This document shows positions 10,030 to 20,680 of a stretch of DNA of 64,000 bases, piece by piece. Within the stretch, counting starts at the first letter, position 1. Each line of letters opens with the position of its first letter. The notes below the pieces were generated by a model that saw only the letters and a program-made list of their open reading frames with translations, was not told the origin of the DNA and did no database searches. A program made the position numbers and the translations under genes. This DNA comes from an uncultured Gemmatimonadales bacterium (GTDB taxonomy: Bacteria; Gemmatimonadota; Gemmatimonadetes; Longimicrobiales; RSA9), in assembly GCA_963798845.1 (NCBI GenBank), contig CAWCUS010000006.1, positions 672,001 through 736,000 of the forward strand. The letters are read 5' to 3'.

Positions 10030-11724
10030 TCAGTGGGCGTCTGTCGGTGGGCGGTGCTGGTCGAGGAGGGCGGAGGCGGCGCTGCTGTCGAGCGGGAGGG
10101 AGAAGAGGAACCCCTGGACGGAGGCGTGGCCGAAAGCGCGGAGGCGTTCGAGCTGATCTGGGGTTTCGACGCCTTCGGCGACGGCGTGGATGCCGAGGGC
10201 GCGAGCGAAGCTGAGGATGGTGCGGACGAGCTCGGTCCCGGCCTCGTCGGCCAGGCGGCTGACGAAGCTGCGGTCGATCTTGAGGGTGTCGATGGGGAAG
10301 GTGTGGAGGTACTGGAGGGCGGAGTAGCCGGTGCCGAAGTCGTCGATGCAGAGACCGACGCCCAGCTGGCGGAGCTGGTCGAAGGTGTGCATTGCGCCCT
10401 GGGGATTGGACATCACCACGGCCTCGGTGAGCTCGAGCCGGAGAGAGTGGCCGTCCAGCCCCGTCTCCTCGAGGATGTCGCGCACGGTGGCGAGGAGCTC
10501 GGGGTGGGAGAACTGGCGAGCGGAGAGGTTGACGGAAACGAACAGGTCCTGCCGGTCCGCACTCCCCTCCTGCCATAGCCGGAGCTGGTGTGCGGCCTGT
10601 CGGAGGACCCAGTTCCCGAGCGGGACGATGATCCCGGTGTCCTCGGCGACGGGGATGAAGGATTGTGGGAGGACCAGGCCCTTCTCGGGGTGGATCCAGC
10701 GTATGAGCGCCTCGAAGCCGGTCAGGCGATCGAGATCGAGGTCGAGCACGGGTTGGTAGTAGAGGACGAACTCGCCGCGCTCCAGCCCGAGGCGCAGGTC
10801 GGTCTCCAGCTGGAGGAGAGCGACGGCATGGGCGTGCATCTCCGTGTCGAAGATCTGGTACCGCGCGGGTCCCAGCTCCTTCGCCCGGTACATGGCCGTG
10901 TCCGCGTCCCGCAACAGGGCGTCTGGGGTCGAGGCGGCGGAGCTGGCGAAGGTGATGCCGATGCTCACGGAGGTGAACACATGGTGACCGTGCAGGGAGA
11001 GCGGTCGTCGGAGCTTCTCCTGGATGCGCTCGGCCACGTGCGTCGGAGCCGAGGCATCGTCGACGCCGTCGAGGAGAATCGCGAACTCGTCCCCGCCCAT
11101 CCGCGCCACCGTGTCCTCTTCCCGGACCTGTTCGCGGAAGAGCACGGCCACCTGCTTCAACACCTCGTCGCCGACCGTATGGCCGAGGCTGTCGTTGACC
11201 AGCTTGAACCGATCCAGGTCGAGGAACAGGACCGCCATCTCCCGCTCCTCGCCTCGCCGCCGCCGCGCCACCGCCCGCTCCAGCCGATCCATGAAGAGCG
11301 CACGGTTCGGCAGCCCCGTCAGCGGGTCGTGGAACGCCTCGTGGGCCAGCCGTTCCTCTTCCGCCTTGAGAGCCGAGATGTCGTGGATGATTCCCTGGTG
11401 CCCGCACCCCGGACCGGATGCGGCGTCCGAACGGCGAAGCCACGCACTCAGGAGGCACCAGCGCTCGGCATCGTCCTTGCGCCGCAGACGGACCTGGATA
11501 TCCCGGACGAAGCCGTCCGCCTCGAGGCTCTCCAGGAAGCGGACGTGGTCCTCAGGGTCGGCGAAGATGTCGCCGAAGCCACGGCCAAGAAGGCCGGCGG
11601 GCGGATAGGCCAGGAGCTCACTGGCGGCGGCATTCGCCTCCACGATCTCGCCATCAGCCCCGGTCATGTATATGGCGTCGAGGGATCGCTCGAAGAGGCT
11701 ACGGTAGCGCTGCTCGCTCACCAT
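10030..11724 (-). CDS. PAS-GGDEF-EAL c-di-GMP signalling protein
   Basis: N-terminal PAS, HDPLTGLPNR, intact GGDEF, FEALIRW, DDFGTGYS, LKIDRSFV, AEGVET. Confidence 0.95.
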   Translation of the reverse strand: MVSEQRYRSLFERSLDAIYMTGADGEIVEANAAASELLAYPPAGLLGRGFGDIFADPEDHVRFLESLEADGFVRDIQVRLRRKDDAERWCLLSAWLRRSDAASGPGCGHQGIIHDISALKAEEERLAHEAFHDPLTGLPNRALFMDRLERAVARRRRGEEREMAVLFLDLDRFKLVNDSLGHTVGDEVLKQVAVLFREQVREEDTVARMGGDEFAILLDGVDDASAPTHVAERIQEKLRRPLSLHGHHVFTSVSIGITFASSAASTPDALLRDADTAMYRAKELGPARYQIFDTEMHAHAVALLQLETDLRLGLERGEFVLYYQPVLDLDLDRLTGFEALIRWIHPEKGLVLPQSFIPVAEDTGIIVPLGNWVLRQAAHQLRLWQEGSADRQDLFVSVNLSARQFSHPELLATVRDILEETGLDGHSLRLELTEAVVMSNPQGAMHTFDQLRQLGVGLCIDDFGTGYSALQYLHTFPIDTLKIDRSFVSRLADEAGTELVRTILSFARALGIHAVAEGVETPDQLERLRAFGHASVQGFLFSLPLDSSAASALLDQHRPPTDAH

Positions 11725-11868
11725 CCCTGTCCGGCAAAGGTGGGAAAATTGGGATGAATCGACGTCGATCCGCGGCCGGGATCCGGGTGCAGAATGCACG
11801 CCAAATCGCTGGCGCGCCAGAGTTGTGCGGCCTAGCTTCTCATTCTCTATCGATCCGCAGGAGGTTCC

Positions 11869-13659
11869 GTGAGCGCACGATTCTGGGTAGTGGCCGCCGT
11901 GCTCGTCGCCGGGTGTGGAGGCTCGCCTTCACAGCAGCCACCGGGACAGCGGCCGGGTCCCGGGCTGCCGCAACCGAGCGCGGAAGTGGTCGCGCGAGCC
12001 ACGAAGGACTTCGGCACATTCAGGGACGGGTTCCTGGCATGGTATTACGAGAGCCATCCGGTGCGGGCGAGCGAGCTGGGCGTGCACACCTACGACCGCC
12101 TGCTCACGGACATGGACCGCGCCTCGGTGCAGGGGAGGATCCAGGACCTGCTGGACTGGGACGCGCGGCTGGAGGACATCTCGTACCGGGTGCTCCAGGG
12201 CACGGACCGGTACGACTACTCGGTGCTGGAATACGCGATTCGCGGCGAGCTGCTCGATCTGGAGGAGATGCGCCTGTGGGCGACGAGTCCACGGCTGTAC
12301 ATGGAGGTGATCGCGGACGGGGTCTCATCGCTCGTTTCGCGCGCGTACGCTCCGGCTTCTGACAGGCTCGCGGCGCTGAAGAGCCGCATGGAAGCTGCGC
12401 CGGGAGTGCTGAAGGCGGCGCGGGACAATCTGGAGAACCCGCCCCGGGAGTGGACGGAGCTGGCGATCACGGAAACCGAGGGGCTGATCGAATACCTGGA
12501 AGCGATTCCGAAGCTGCTGGGGGACGATTCGAGCGCGGCGCCGGCCGGGCTGGAGGACACGAGGCTGGCGCTGGTGGCGGCGCTGCGAGAGCATGCGACG
12601 TGGCTGCGGTCGGACCTGCTTCCGAAATCGACGGGAGCGTACCGGCTGGGCCGTTACTTCTTCGCTCGCAAGCTGCTCTACGCCGAGCACATCGATCTCA
12701 GCGTGGAAGCGCTCGACCGGCTGAACCAGCAGGAGATCGCGACGTATCAGGACCAGCTCGAGAAGGTTGTGGCCGCCGTGGCGCCGGGCCGCACCGTCGG
12801 CTCGGTGCTCGACTCGCTGGGGCGGGCCCATCCGTCGCCCGACGACCTCGTGCCGGCCGCGCGCGAGCTGGCGGGTCGGGCGAGGGACTGGACGCTCGGG
12901 AGCGGTCTGGTGCCGGTGCTCGATTCGACTGCGCCCGTCGTCCGCCCGGCGCCGCCGTACAAGCGGGGGCGGTTCGCCTGGGTGGACGCTCCGGGCCCGA
13001 TGGAGTCGGGTGATCTCGCGACCTACTACGAGCTCACCAACGCGCTTCCGACGTGGTCAGAAACGGAGCAGCAGTCGTTCCTGTCCTACTTCGGGAGCGG
13101 CTCACTGCTCGGGCTCACGCTCCACGAGACGTTCCCCGGCCGCGCCGTCCAGCTGGCGTATCGCCGGAAGTACCCGAGCGACGTGCGCCGGGTGTTCACG
13201 CCGCGCTCGCTGGCCGAGGGGTGGTCGCAATACGCCGAGCAGCGAGCACTGGAGACGGGATTCGCGAGCCCGGACTCCCTGGCGCGGATCGCCGAGCTGC
13301 GTCGGGCGCTGGAGCAGCAAGCCCGCTGGTACGCGACGCTGCACCTGCACGCTTTCGAGGAGCCGATGGACACCGTGGTGCGCCATTTCATGGACATCGC
13401 GCACGTGCAGGAGCTTCCGGCGAGGCGGGAGGTGCTGCGGGCGACCTACGACCCCATGTACCTGGACGCGGCACTGGGCAGGGTGCAGATCGAGCAGCTT
13501 CGCACGGACTACCAGGCGTACCTGGAGAAGCAGAAGAAGGACTTCTCCGACGCCGACTTCAACGCACAGCTGCTCTCGCTCGGCCTGCCGCTTCCGCTCG
13601 CGCGAGACGTGCTCATGCCCAGGCCACCGTCGCCCGCGGCGCAGCGGCCTCGCCCGTGA
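11869..13659 (+). CDS. DUF885 family lipoprotein
   Basis: AGGAGG RBS, lipobox LVAGC, HETFPG...EGWSQYAE. Confidence 0.8.
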   Translation: MSARFWVVAAVLVAGCGGSPSQQPPGQRPGPGLPQPSAEVVARATKDFGTFRDGFLAWYYESHPVRASELGVHTYDRLLTDMDRASVQGRIQDLLDWDARLEDISYRVLQGTDRYDYSVLEYAIRGELLDLEEMRLWATSPRLYMEVIADGVSSLVSRAYAPASDRLAALKSRMEAAPGVLKAARDNLENPPREWTELAITETEGLIEYLEAIPKLLGDDSSAAPAGLEDTRLALVAALREHATWLRSDLLPKSTGAYRLGRYFFARKLLYAEHIDLSVEALDRLNQQEIATYQDQLEKVVAAVAPGRTVGSVLDSLGRAHPSPDDLVPAARELAGRARDWTLGSGLVPVLDSTAPVVRPAPPYKRGRFAWVDAPGPMESGDLATYYELTNALPTWSETEQQSFLSYFGSGSLLGLTLHETFPGRAVQLAYRRKYPSDVRRVFTPRSLAEGWSQYAEQRALETGFASPDSLARIAELRRALEQQARWYATLHLHAFEEPMDTVVRHFMDIAHVQELPARREVLRATYDPMYLDAALGRVQIEQLRTDYQAYLEKQKKDFSDADFNAQLLSLGLPLPLARDVLMPRPPSPAAQRPRP

Positions 13660-13680
13660 TCCTTCCACCCGGTCCGAACC

Positions 13681-14680
13681 ATGGCTGAGACCCGCCGACC
13701 CACGTGCCCGGCCGCCGAGGAGATCCTCGGCGGCTATTTCCCCGTCCTGGACCACGGCTTCATCGCTCTGGTCGACTACATGGGGAGCGACGAGGACATC
13801 GAGCGGGCCGCACGCGTGAGCTACGGCTACGGCACCCGAAAGGTGAGTCAGACGCGCGGGCTGGTGCGGTATCTCCGGCGGCACCACCACACGACGCCGA
13901 GCGAGATGGTCGAGTTGAAGTTCCACGTCTGCATGCCGATCTTCGTGGCCCGGCAATGGATCCGGCACCGCACGGCGAACGTCAACGAGTACAGCGGCCG
14001 CTATTCGCTCATGCCTCTGCTCTTCTACTCGCCGGATGCCGAGCACTTCGCGCTCCAGAGCACGGACAACAAGCAGGGTCGGAATGCCGGACGGGGCGGA
14101 TGCGGTGCTGCACCGGGAAGCGGTGACTCGCTGGGAGGCGACCCGGGAGCGAGCCGGCGCAGACTACGAGTGGCTCCTGGGGAAGGACGTCGCCAGGGAG
14201 CTGGCGCGGATCGACCTTCCCCTCTCGACGTACACGCAGTGGTACTGGAAGATCGATCTCCACAACCTCATCCACTTCCTCACGCTTCGGGCCGATCCCC
14301 ACGCGCAGTATGAGATCCGCGCGTTCGCCGAGGTCATGGCAGGGATGCTCAAGCGAGTGGCGCCGCTCTCTTACGAAGCGTGGGTGGACTATGGGCTGGC
14401 GGCGGCCCCAATGTCGCATGCGGAGCTGGAGGCGCTGCGGTCGCTGATCGGCGTCACGGAAGCGGACGGCGAAGTGAAGCTGACGGCGCGGTCCGGTGCG
14501 GGGCTGGACAGCGGCGCGCTCCGCGACCTGGGGCTCAGCAAGCGAGAGAGGATCGAGCTCGCCGAAAAGCTGCGGCCATCGTCACGCCCCGACTTCGAGC
14601 TCGACCTCGGGACAATGCGCCCGGGGGAGGAGGTGGGGGAGCTGATGCAGTCCGCCGTGCCGAAGCTCGACCTCGACTGA
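13681..14680 (+). CDS. thyX: FAD-dependent thymidylate synthase, with a +1 frameshift at ~14083 (probably an assembly error)
   Basis: RAARVSY, RQWIRHRTANVNEYSGRY signature in ORF 13681; ARELARIDLPLSTYT and HAQYEIR in ORF 14036; removing one A from CGGAATG restores one ORF. Confidence 0.92.
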
Positions 14681-14826
14681 GGCAGCGACCCCGGGGAGGG
14701 GCGCCATGGGAAACTGGGCGGGGGGCAGGCTCCGGGGCTCGTCTCGCGACGATCCGGGAGCCCGCCCTGGGGCTTCCCGCTTGTCTCCTCTCCGTCAGCC
14801 GTCCGCGGCGGTGACGTTGGTCTTCC

Positions 14827-15732
14827 TCAGGACCCGTGCTTCGGCGGTAGCGTTCGCAGGTACGCCCACAGTGCTCGCAGCTCCGTATCCGTCATGGACC
14901 GGGTCGCCGCCACCGGCATCGGAGGTCGGACCTCCGAACCGTCGGGCTTTCTTCCCTCACGAAGCGCCCTGACGAAGTCCGCCTCCGACCAGGCGCCGAT
15001 CCCCGCCGTCGAGTCCGGCGTGAGGTTCGCCGCCGGCAGCCAGCTCGGATCGCCACCCGCTATCGGGCCGCCCGAGTAGTCGGCGCCATGACACCCCCGG
15101 CACCCGCTGGCCAGGTACGCGCCGTACGCCGCGGTCGGGCTCTCCGTCGGCGCGGCGGGTCGCGTCGCCGTCTGATCGATCAGCTTCGCAGGGACCAGCG
15201 GCAGCTTCCCGGCGAGGAGCAACATTCGAGCCATGGGCCCGATTCGCGTCGCGGGTCGCTCACGGTCCACCGGCGGCAGCGATCGCAGGTACGCGATCAA
15301 CGCCGTCATGTCCGCGTCCCCCAGCGCCCAGTACTCCTGCGCCGGCATGAACATCAACGGCCGACCGTCCGGCCCGACGCCATGCCGGATCGCCCGGTCC
15401 CAGTCCTCGATCGAGAACGTCCCCCCGATCCCGCCCGCACCGGACGTGAGGTTCGCGGCGTACAGCCGGCCCATGGCCGCGTTTTCGACCATCGGACCCC
15501 CGGCCAGGTCCGCTCCGTGGCAGTCCGTGCACCCGCGGATCGAGGCCACGTGCGCACCCCTCGCCAGAAGCGCCGAATCCGGCTGCGCCGGCACCGGCAA
15601 TGGCTTGACCGACACGTCGTAGTGATGCCGTAGCTGCGGCTGGCTGAACGCGTAAATGCCGGCCACGGCAAGGACGAGCAGAACGACTACGCCGCCGAGC
15701 CCGAAGCCGGCGAAGCGGAGCGCTTTTCTCAC
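14827..15732 (-). CDS. Membrane-anchored diheme cytochrome c
   Basis: N-terminal TM helix; CTDCH and CRGCH; ANLT motifs; MP axial-ligand motifs. Confidence 0.9.
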   Translation of the reverse strand: MRKALRFAGFGLGGVVVLLVLAVAGIYAFSQPQLRHHYDVSVKPLPVPAQPDSALLARGAHVASIRGCTDCHGADLAGGPMVENAAMGRLYAANLTSGAGGIGGTFSIEDWDRAIRHGVGPDGRPLMFMPAQEYWALGDADMTALIAYLRSLPPVDRERPATRIGPMARMLLLAGKLPLVPAKLIDQTATRPAAPTESPTAAYGAYLASGCRGCHGADYSGGPIAGGDPSWLPAANLTPDSTAGIGAWSEADFVRALREGRKPDGSEVRPPMPVAATRSMTDTELRALWAYLRTLPPKHGS

Positions 15733-15782
15733 GGGTCTTCCGAGTGTGAGGGGAATCCGCCCTACAGGGTGGGCGTTCGCGA

Positions 15783-15799
15783 GTGGGGGTTTTCCCCAC
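15783..15799. promoter_or_regulatory. Candidate transcription-factor dyad GTGGGG-GTTTT-CCCCAC
   Basis: 6-bp perfect arms, about 50 bp upstream of the cytochrome c gene; weaker copy at 15747. Confidence 0.4.
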
Positions 15800-15832
15800 G
15801 ACAGGATTGATTAATGGGGAGAGGGGCCGTCG

Positions 15833-16294
15833 TCAAGACCCGGAGGTGCGGGGGGGCTGGCCCAGAAGCAGGACCGGGTCGGCGGGAGTGCCGTGGCGAC
15901 GGACCTCGAAGTGCAGGTGTGGTCCTGAGGCGTTGCCGGAGGCGCCGGAAAGGCCGACGAGATCGTCTCGTGAGACGGTGTCGCCAGCGGAGACGCGGAT
16001 CTCGGAGAGATGGGCGTAGAGGGAGCGAATTCCGCCGCCGTGGTCGAGAATGACGACGTTTCCGTAGCCGGAGAGGACGCCGGCGAAGGTGACGCGGCCG
16101 GGCTCCATGGGGTGAACGGGGGTTCCGACGGGGACGGAGATGTCGGTGCCTCGGTGGATCTCGAAGTGGAGCCCGTCGTGGCGGAGGCCGAAGGGGGACG
16201 TGACGGTGCCGTCCACGGGCCAGCGGGGGAGTGCGCAGCCCGCGATGATGCTGGAGGCGAGGAGGAGAGCGGGGAGGTGCGAGCGGGTCCTCAT
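15833..16294 (-). CDS. M23 family metallopeptidase, lipoprotein
   Basis: Lipobox IIAGC; HRGTD, YAHL, GPHLHFEVR. Confidence 0.92.
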   Translation of the reverse strand: MRTRSHLPALLLASSIIAGCALPRWPVDGTVTSPFGLRHDGLHFEIHRGTDISVPVGTPVHPMEPGRVTFAGVLSGYGNVVILDHGGGIRSLYAHLSEIRVSAGDTVSRDDLVGLSGASGNASGPHLHFEVRRHGTPADPVLLLGQPPRTSGS

Positions 16295-16379
16295 TCCGGA
16301 AAGCTGGGGCCGGAAGCGGGAGAGCGCAAAGGAGCGTGGGGGCGGGGGCGCGGCGGAGCGCGCCGCCGCGCCCGTGAGT

Positions 16380-16715
16380 TCAGCCGAAGTGCGCGGGGAG
16401 GACCTTGAAGAGGACGACGAGCGCGATGACGAGGAAGAGGGCGAGGGCCAGGGGTGCGGCGAAGACGCCCGTGAAGATGCGGCTGTCCATCTTGAGGTGC
16501 ATGTAGAACATGACGACGAGGGCGAATTTGACCGCGGACAGGGTGACGAGGGTGGGGACGAGGACGGGATGGAGAGCGGGGATGTAAAAGACCGACACCT
16601 CGAGCGCGGTGATGGCGGTGAGGATGAGGGCGACCACGACGTAGGTGGTCCACCCGGGGTGATTCTCCTCGTGCGGGTCGGCGTGGCTGCGGGATTCGAC
16701 GTCTGCGTGAACCAT
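16380..16715 (-). CDS. ctaF: Cytochrome c oxidase subunit IV
   Basis: Three TM helices; LTAITALEV, KFALVVMFYMHLK; GGAGG before ATG 16715. Confidence 0.85.
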   Translation of the reverse strand: MVHADVESRSHADPHEENHPGWTTYVVVALILTAITALEVSVFYIPALHPVLVPTLVTLSAVKFALVVMFYMHLKMDSRIFTGVFAAPLALALFLVIALVVLFKVLPAHFG

Positions 16716-16738
16716 GGGGGCCTCGGGAGCGGTCAGGG

Positions 16739-17330
16739 TCAGCGGATCAGGTAGACGAGCGTGAAGATGGCGATCCACACGATGTCGACGAAGTGCCAGT
16801 AGAGCCCCGCGACCTCGACCTTGAGCGAGTCCGCGGGGCCGATCCGGCCTGCGTAGGTCTGGAGGGCGAGGAGGAGCAGCCGAGATGACGCCAATGGAGA
16901 CGTGGGCGCCGTGGAACCCGGTGAGGATGAAGAACGACGAGCCGAAGACGTTCTTGCTGAGCGTCAGGCCTTCGTGGTAGAAGTGGGTGAACTCGAAGGC
17001 CTGGAAGCCGAGGAAGGTGAGCCCGAGCGCGGCGGTGACCAGGAGGAAGATGAATCCCCACTTCCGGTTTCCCCTCTGAACGTTGGCCAGCGCGAGGACC
17101 ATGGCGAGGCTGGACATGAGGAGGACGAAGGTGCTGACGGAGGTGAGGGGGATGTTGATGACGTCGCCGGGATAGGGCCCCGCGACGCTGCGTCCCGCGT
17201 AGATCAGGTACGAGGAGATGAACGAGCCGAAGAAGAGGGTCTCGGAGCCGAGAAAGGTCCAGAACCCGAGCTTCCAGGTGTGGATGCCCGTGGTCGTGGG
17301 CGGGTGAACGGCGTGCGCGTGCGCTTCCAT
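16739..17330 (-). CDS. ctaE: Cytochrome c oxidase subunit III, with a +1 frameshift at ~16882
   Basis: FLGSETLFF, TGFHGAHV; removing G16882 restores WLLLL...GLYWHFVDIVWIAIFTLVYLIR-stop. Confidence 0.9.
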
Positions 17331-17343
17331 CGAGTCTGTCTCC

Positions 17344-19152
17344 TCAGCCGGCCGGCTCGAAGGCCCAGTTGATCGCGGCGATCGCAGTGGCGCCGAGCCC
17401 CAGGAGCGGCATCCACCAGATGTCGGTCATGAACAGGATCAGGGTGCCCGCGGTCCCGGCGGCGGTGATCAGCGGCCAGAATGACGGGTTCGGCATGTGG
17501 ACGCCGCCCGGCGGCTCGCGCCAGACGCGGTCGTCGTAGTGGTCCGGATGGTCCCAGAGGGGGTTGCGGCTCCTGACCTCGGGGAGCTCCGCGAAGTTGT
17601 ACTCCGGGGGTGGGGAAGCGGTGGCCCACTCGAGGGTGGCGGCGCCCCAGGGATTGTTGCCGGCGGGCTCGCCGCGGGTCCAGCTCCGAAGGAGATTCCA
17701 GGCGAAGGCGAGGGTTCCGAAGGCCATGAGCAGCGCGCTCACGGACATGAACAGGTTGATTCCACCCAGGTGGAGCTCCGGGGCGTAGGTGTAGATCCGG
17801 CGGGGCATGCCCAGGAGCCCGACGAAGTGCATGGGGAAGAAGACGGCATTGAAGCCAATGACGAAAAGCCAGAAGTGCCACTTCCCCAACGTCTCGCTGA
17901 GGAGGCGGCCGCTCACCTTCGGGTACCAGTAGTAGAAGCCGGAGAACACCCCCATGATCAGGCCGCCGATGAGGACGTAGTGGAAGTGCGCCACGACGAA
18001 GTACGTGTCGTGCTGCTGCAGGTCGGCGGGGGAGGCCGAGTGCATGATCCCGCTGATCCCGCCAATGGTGAAGAGCGCGACCATGGCGATGGCGAACATC
18101 ATGGACGTGGTGAACTGCAGGCGTCCGCCCCACATGGTGGCCAGCCAGTTGAAGATCTTCACCCCGGTGGGAATGGCGATGATCATCGTGCTGATGGTGA
18201 AGAAGGAGTCCGCCACCGGTCCGAGGCCGACGGTGAACATGTGGTGGCTCCAGACGCCCCAGCTGATGAATCCGATGAGGGCGCCACTGAAGACCATGAT
18301 GGCGTAGCCGAAGAGGGGCTTGCGGGAGAACGTGGGGATGACGTCGGAAGCGATCCCGAAGGCGGGCAGGATCAGGATGTAGACTTCGGGGTGGCCGAAG
18401 AGCCAGAACAGGTGCTGCCAGAGGATCGGGTCGCCGCCCGCCGCCACGTTGAAGAAATTCGTGCCCCAGAAACGGTCGAACGTGAGCATGAACAGAGCGA
18501 CCGCGAGGACCGGGAGGGCAGTGATGATGATGAAGCTGGTGACGAACGCCATCCAGGTGAACAGCGGCATGCGCATGAGCTTCATGCCGGGCGTCCGAAG
18601 GTTGATGATGGTGGTGATGAAGTTCACGCCGCCGGCGATGGACGCGATGCCCAGGATCTGGAGCCCGAGGGCGTAGAAATCCATGTTCGGCCCGGGCGAG
18701 TACTTGAGCGTGCTCAGGTTGGCGTAGCCGAACCACCCGCCGTTGGGGGCCGCCCCGATGAACCAGGACGAGTAGATGAAGAGCCCGCCGAACAGGAACG
18801 TCCAGTAGGAGAAGGCGTTGAGGCGCGGGAATGCTACGTCGCGGGCGCCGATCTGGAGCGGGACCACGAAGTTGAAGAAGGCGACGGCGATGGGCATGCC
18901 GACCAGGAAGACCATCGTGAGCCCGTGCATGGTGAAGAGCTCGTTGTAGACGTCCGGGCTGACCACGGAAAGGCCGGGCTGCGCGAGCTGCCAACGGATG
19001 ATCAGGGCTTCCACACCACCCAGGATGAAGAACACCAGGGCGGAAGCACCGTAGAGGATCCCGATCTTCTTGTGGTCGATCGTCGTGAGCCAGTCCCAGA
19101 TCCCGCTCCGTCTCCCCGGCTGCGGGGGCGCGTATGCTTCGGCAGTTGCCAT
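17344..19152 (-). CDS. ctaD: Cytochrome c oxidase subunit I (A1-type heme-copper oxidase)
   Basis: TIDHKKIG, HGLTMVF, WLFGHPEVY, VWSHHMF, VAHFHYV, GMPRR. Confidence 0.98.
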   Translation of the reverse strand: MATAEAYAPPQPGRRSGIWDWLTTIDHKKIGILYGASALVFFILGGVEALIIRWQLAQPGLSVVSPDVYNELFTMHGLTMVFLVGMPIAVAFFNFVVPLQIGARDVAFPRLNAFSYWTFLFGGLFIYSSWFIGAAPNGGWFGYANLSTLKYSPGPNMDFYALGLQILGIASIAGGVNFITTIINLRTPGMKLMRMPLFTWMAFVTSFIIITALPVLAVALFMLTFDRFWGTNFFNVAAGGDPILWQHLFWLFGHPEVYILILPAFGIASDVIPTFSRKPLFGYAIMVFSGALIGFISWGVWSHHMFTVGLGPVADSFFTISTMIIAIPTGVKIFNWLATMWGGRLQFTTSMMFAIAMVALFTIGGISGIMHSASPADLQQHDTYFVVAHFHYVLIGGLIMGVFSGFYYWYPKVSGRLLSETLGKWHFWLFVIGFNAVFFPMHFVGLLGMPRRIYTYAPELHLGGINLFMSVSALLMAFGTLAFAWNLLRSWTRGEPAGNNPWGAATLEWATASPPPEYNFAELPEVRSRNPLWDHPDHYDDRVWREPPGGVHMPNPSFWPLITAAGTAGTLILFMTDIWWMPLLGLGATAIAAINWAFEPAG

Positions 19153-19173
19153 GGTTTCGGTCCCAGTCCTCGA

Positions 19174-20391
19174 CTACCGCGGCAGCGCCGCGGAGGTGAC
19201 GGTGGTATCGCTCGCGGGCCGCGACGGCGGTGCCGCAGCCGCGGAATCAGTCGCAACGGTCGCGGCCGCGGCGCCGGAGTCCGGCGCGGGCGCCGACGCC
19301 GGCTTCATCGGCCCGTGGTAGAGCGGGCGCCGCAGGTCGCTCAGGTAGGCCGCCACGGCGTGGGCGTCCTCCTCCGACAGGCCCGTCGGCGGCATGCCGC
19401 CGGCTCCGACCTCGGCGCCGGGCATGATGATGCCATCCTTCAGCTCAGGCGCATGCAGGACCCACCGCTGGATGTTCTCCGGCGTGTTGTCCAGTCGGCC
19501 GGCCCCGATGGTCCACCGCTCACCCACAAGCGAGAGGTTCGGGCCCAACTTCCCCTGCGCCGAAGTCCCCTCGATGGTGTGACACGCAATGCACGTGCTG
19601 CCCAGCAAGATCTCCTTCCCCATTTTCGCGAGCTCGCCACTCGGCTCCACCGGGGTCTTCATGTCGCGAACCCAGGCGTCGAACTCCGCCGGCGACACCG
19701 CCACCGCACGCATGCGCATCTGGGCATGCGACGCGCCGCAGAACTCCGCGCACTGCCCCAGATACTCGCCGGCCGAGTCCACTTCGAGCACGATCGTGTT
19801 CAGGTGCGGCGGCGCGACGCCCTCGGGGGTTCGGACCACAGGGTTCGCATCCTTCTTTCCACCCAGCCGAGGAATCCAGAAGCTGTGGATCACGTCAGCC
19901 GAACGGAGCTCCAGCGCAACGGGGCGTCCCACGGGCACGTAGAACTCATTCGCCGTGGTGACCCCGAGCTGCGGATAGCTGAACTCCCACCACCACTGAT
20001 GCCCCGTCACCTGGATCTCCAGGGCGTCGGGCGGCGGCTTGCCCTGCGTCGCGAAGATCGACCGGATGGTGGGGATCGCGATGAACAGGATGATCAGGGC
20101 CGGGATCGCCGTCCACGTGATCTCCAGCTTGCTGTTGCCGTAGATCGGCTTCGGATCCGGGCGACCCGGACGGTCGCGGAACCGGATCAGGATCACCGCC
20201 AGAACCCCGAACACCACCAGCAGGATCCCCACGGTGATCCACGTCACCATCGCCCAGAGGCCGATCTGGATCCGACCGTATTCCGTTACCGGCCGGATCA
20301 TGGTCTGAGGGTGATCACCCGCGCACGCCGCCAGCAGCACGAGCGCGCCGGGGACGAGGCGGTGCCCGAATCTCCTGATACCTTCTCGCAT
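19174..20391 (-). CDS. ctaC: Cytochrome c oxidase subunit II with C-terminal cytochrome c (caa3-type)
   Basis: Lipobox LLAAC; GHQWWW, DVIHSF, CAEFCGASHAQM CuA ligands; CIACH heme site. Confidence 0.95.
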   Translation of the reverse strand: MREGIRRFGHRLVPGALVLLAACAGDHPQTMIRPVTEYGRIQIGLWAMVTWITVGILLVVFGVLAVILIRFRDRPGRPDPKPIYGNSKLEITWTAIPALIILFIAIPTIRSIFATQGKPPPDALEIQVTGHQWWWEFSYPQLGVTTANEFYVPVGRPVALELRSADVIHSFWIPRLGGKKDANPVVRTPEGVAPPHLNTIVLEVDSAGEYLGQCAEFCGASHAQMRMRAVAVSPAEFDAWVRDMKTPVEPSGELAKMGKEILLGSTCIACHTIEGTSAQGKLGPNLSLVGERWTIGAGRLDNTPENIQRWVLHAPELKDGIIMPGAEVGAGGMPPTGLSEEDAHAVAAYLSDLRRPLYHGPMKPASAPAPDSGAAAATVATDSAAAAPPSRPASDTTVTSAALPR

Positions 20392-20515
20392 GTACGGTCC
20401 GGGTTCGTCGACGAAACGGGGCCGCAGCCTGGGCCCCGGAGCCGCAAACGGTAGGAGAATATTACCGTGCAGTCAAGTGTTGCCCGACGAGCCCGAGAGG
20501 CAAAGCCCTACACGG

Positions 20516-20532
20516 GTAGGGGAATACCCTCG
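20516..20532. promoter_or_regulatory. Candidate transcription-factor dyad GTAGGG-GAATA-CCCTCG upstream of the cox operon
   Basis: Same pattern as 15783 and 3785; weaker copy GTAGGA-GAATA-TTACCG at 20451. Confidence 0.4.
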
Positions 20533-20680
20533 GAAGGGTGGGCTGATGGGCGTTCCGCGGTGCAGGACAGGTGCGCTGGAAGGGGAGAAAGGGCGTGGAC
20601 GCGTTGACGGGTTGGGGCGGCGTCCGGCATCGTGGCCGGAGGAAGAGGGATGGAGGTGGACCTCGAGCGGAGGGGGACCG

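Noticed and set aside
9398..11458. 686-aa Hsp20 fusion ORF
   Set aside because: Only the last 151 aa are Hsp20; the rest is an off-frame read through the GGDEF-EAL gene in GC-rich DNA.
13681..14680. Programmed ribosomal frameshifting or true pseudogenisation of thyX and the other three split genes
   Set aside because: No slippery heptamers or other decay are visible and all four share one context, so a sequencing artefact is more parsimonious pending read checks.
16380..17330. Novel subunit III-IV fusion of cytochrome oxidase (316-aa ORF)
   Set aside because: Produced by one extra base at 16882; the conserved YWHFVD end of subunit III lies in another frame and subunit IV has its own RBS and ATG.
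17497..20454. Long antisense ORFs (985 aa here; also 49802-52855, 2706-4799, 24888-26615)
   Set aside because: Stop-poor shadow frames opposite well-supported genes, typical of high-GC codon usage; no recognisable motifs.
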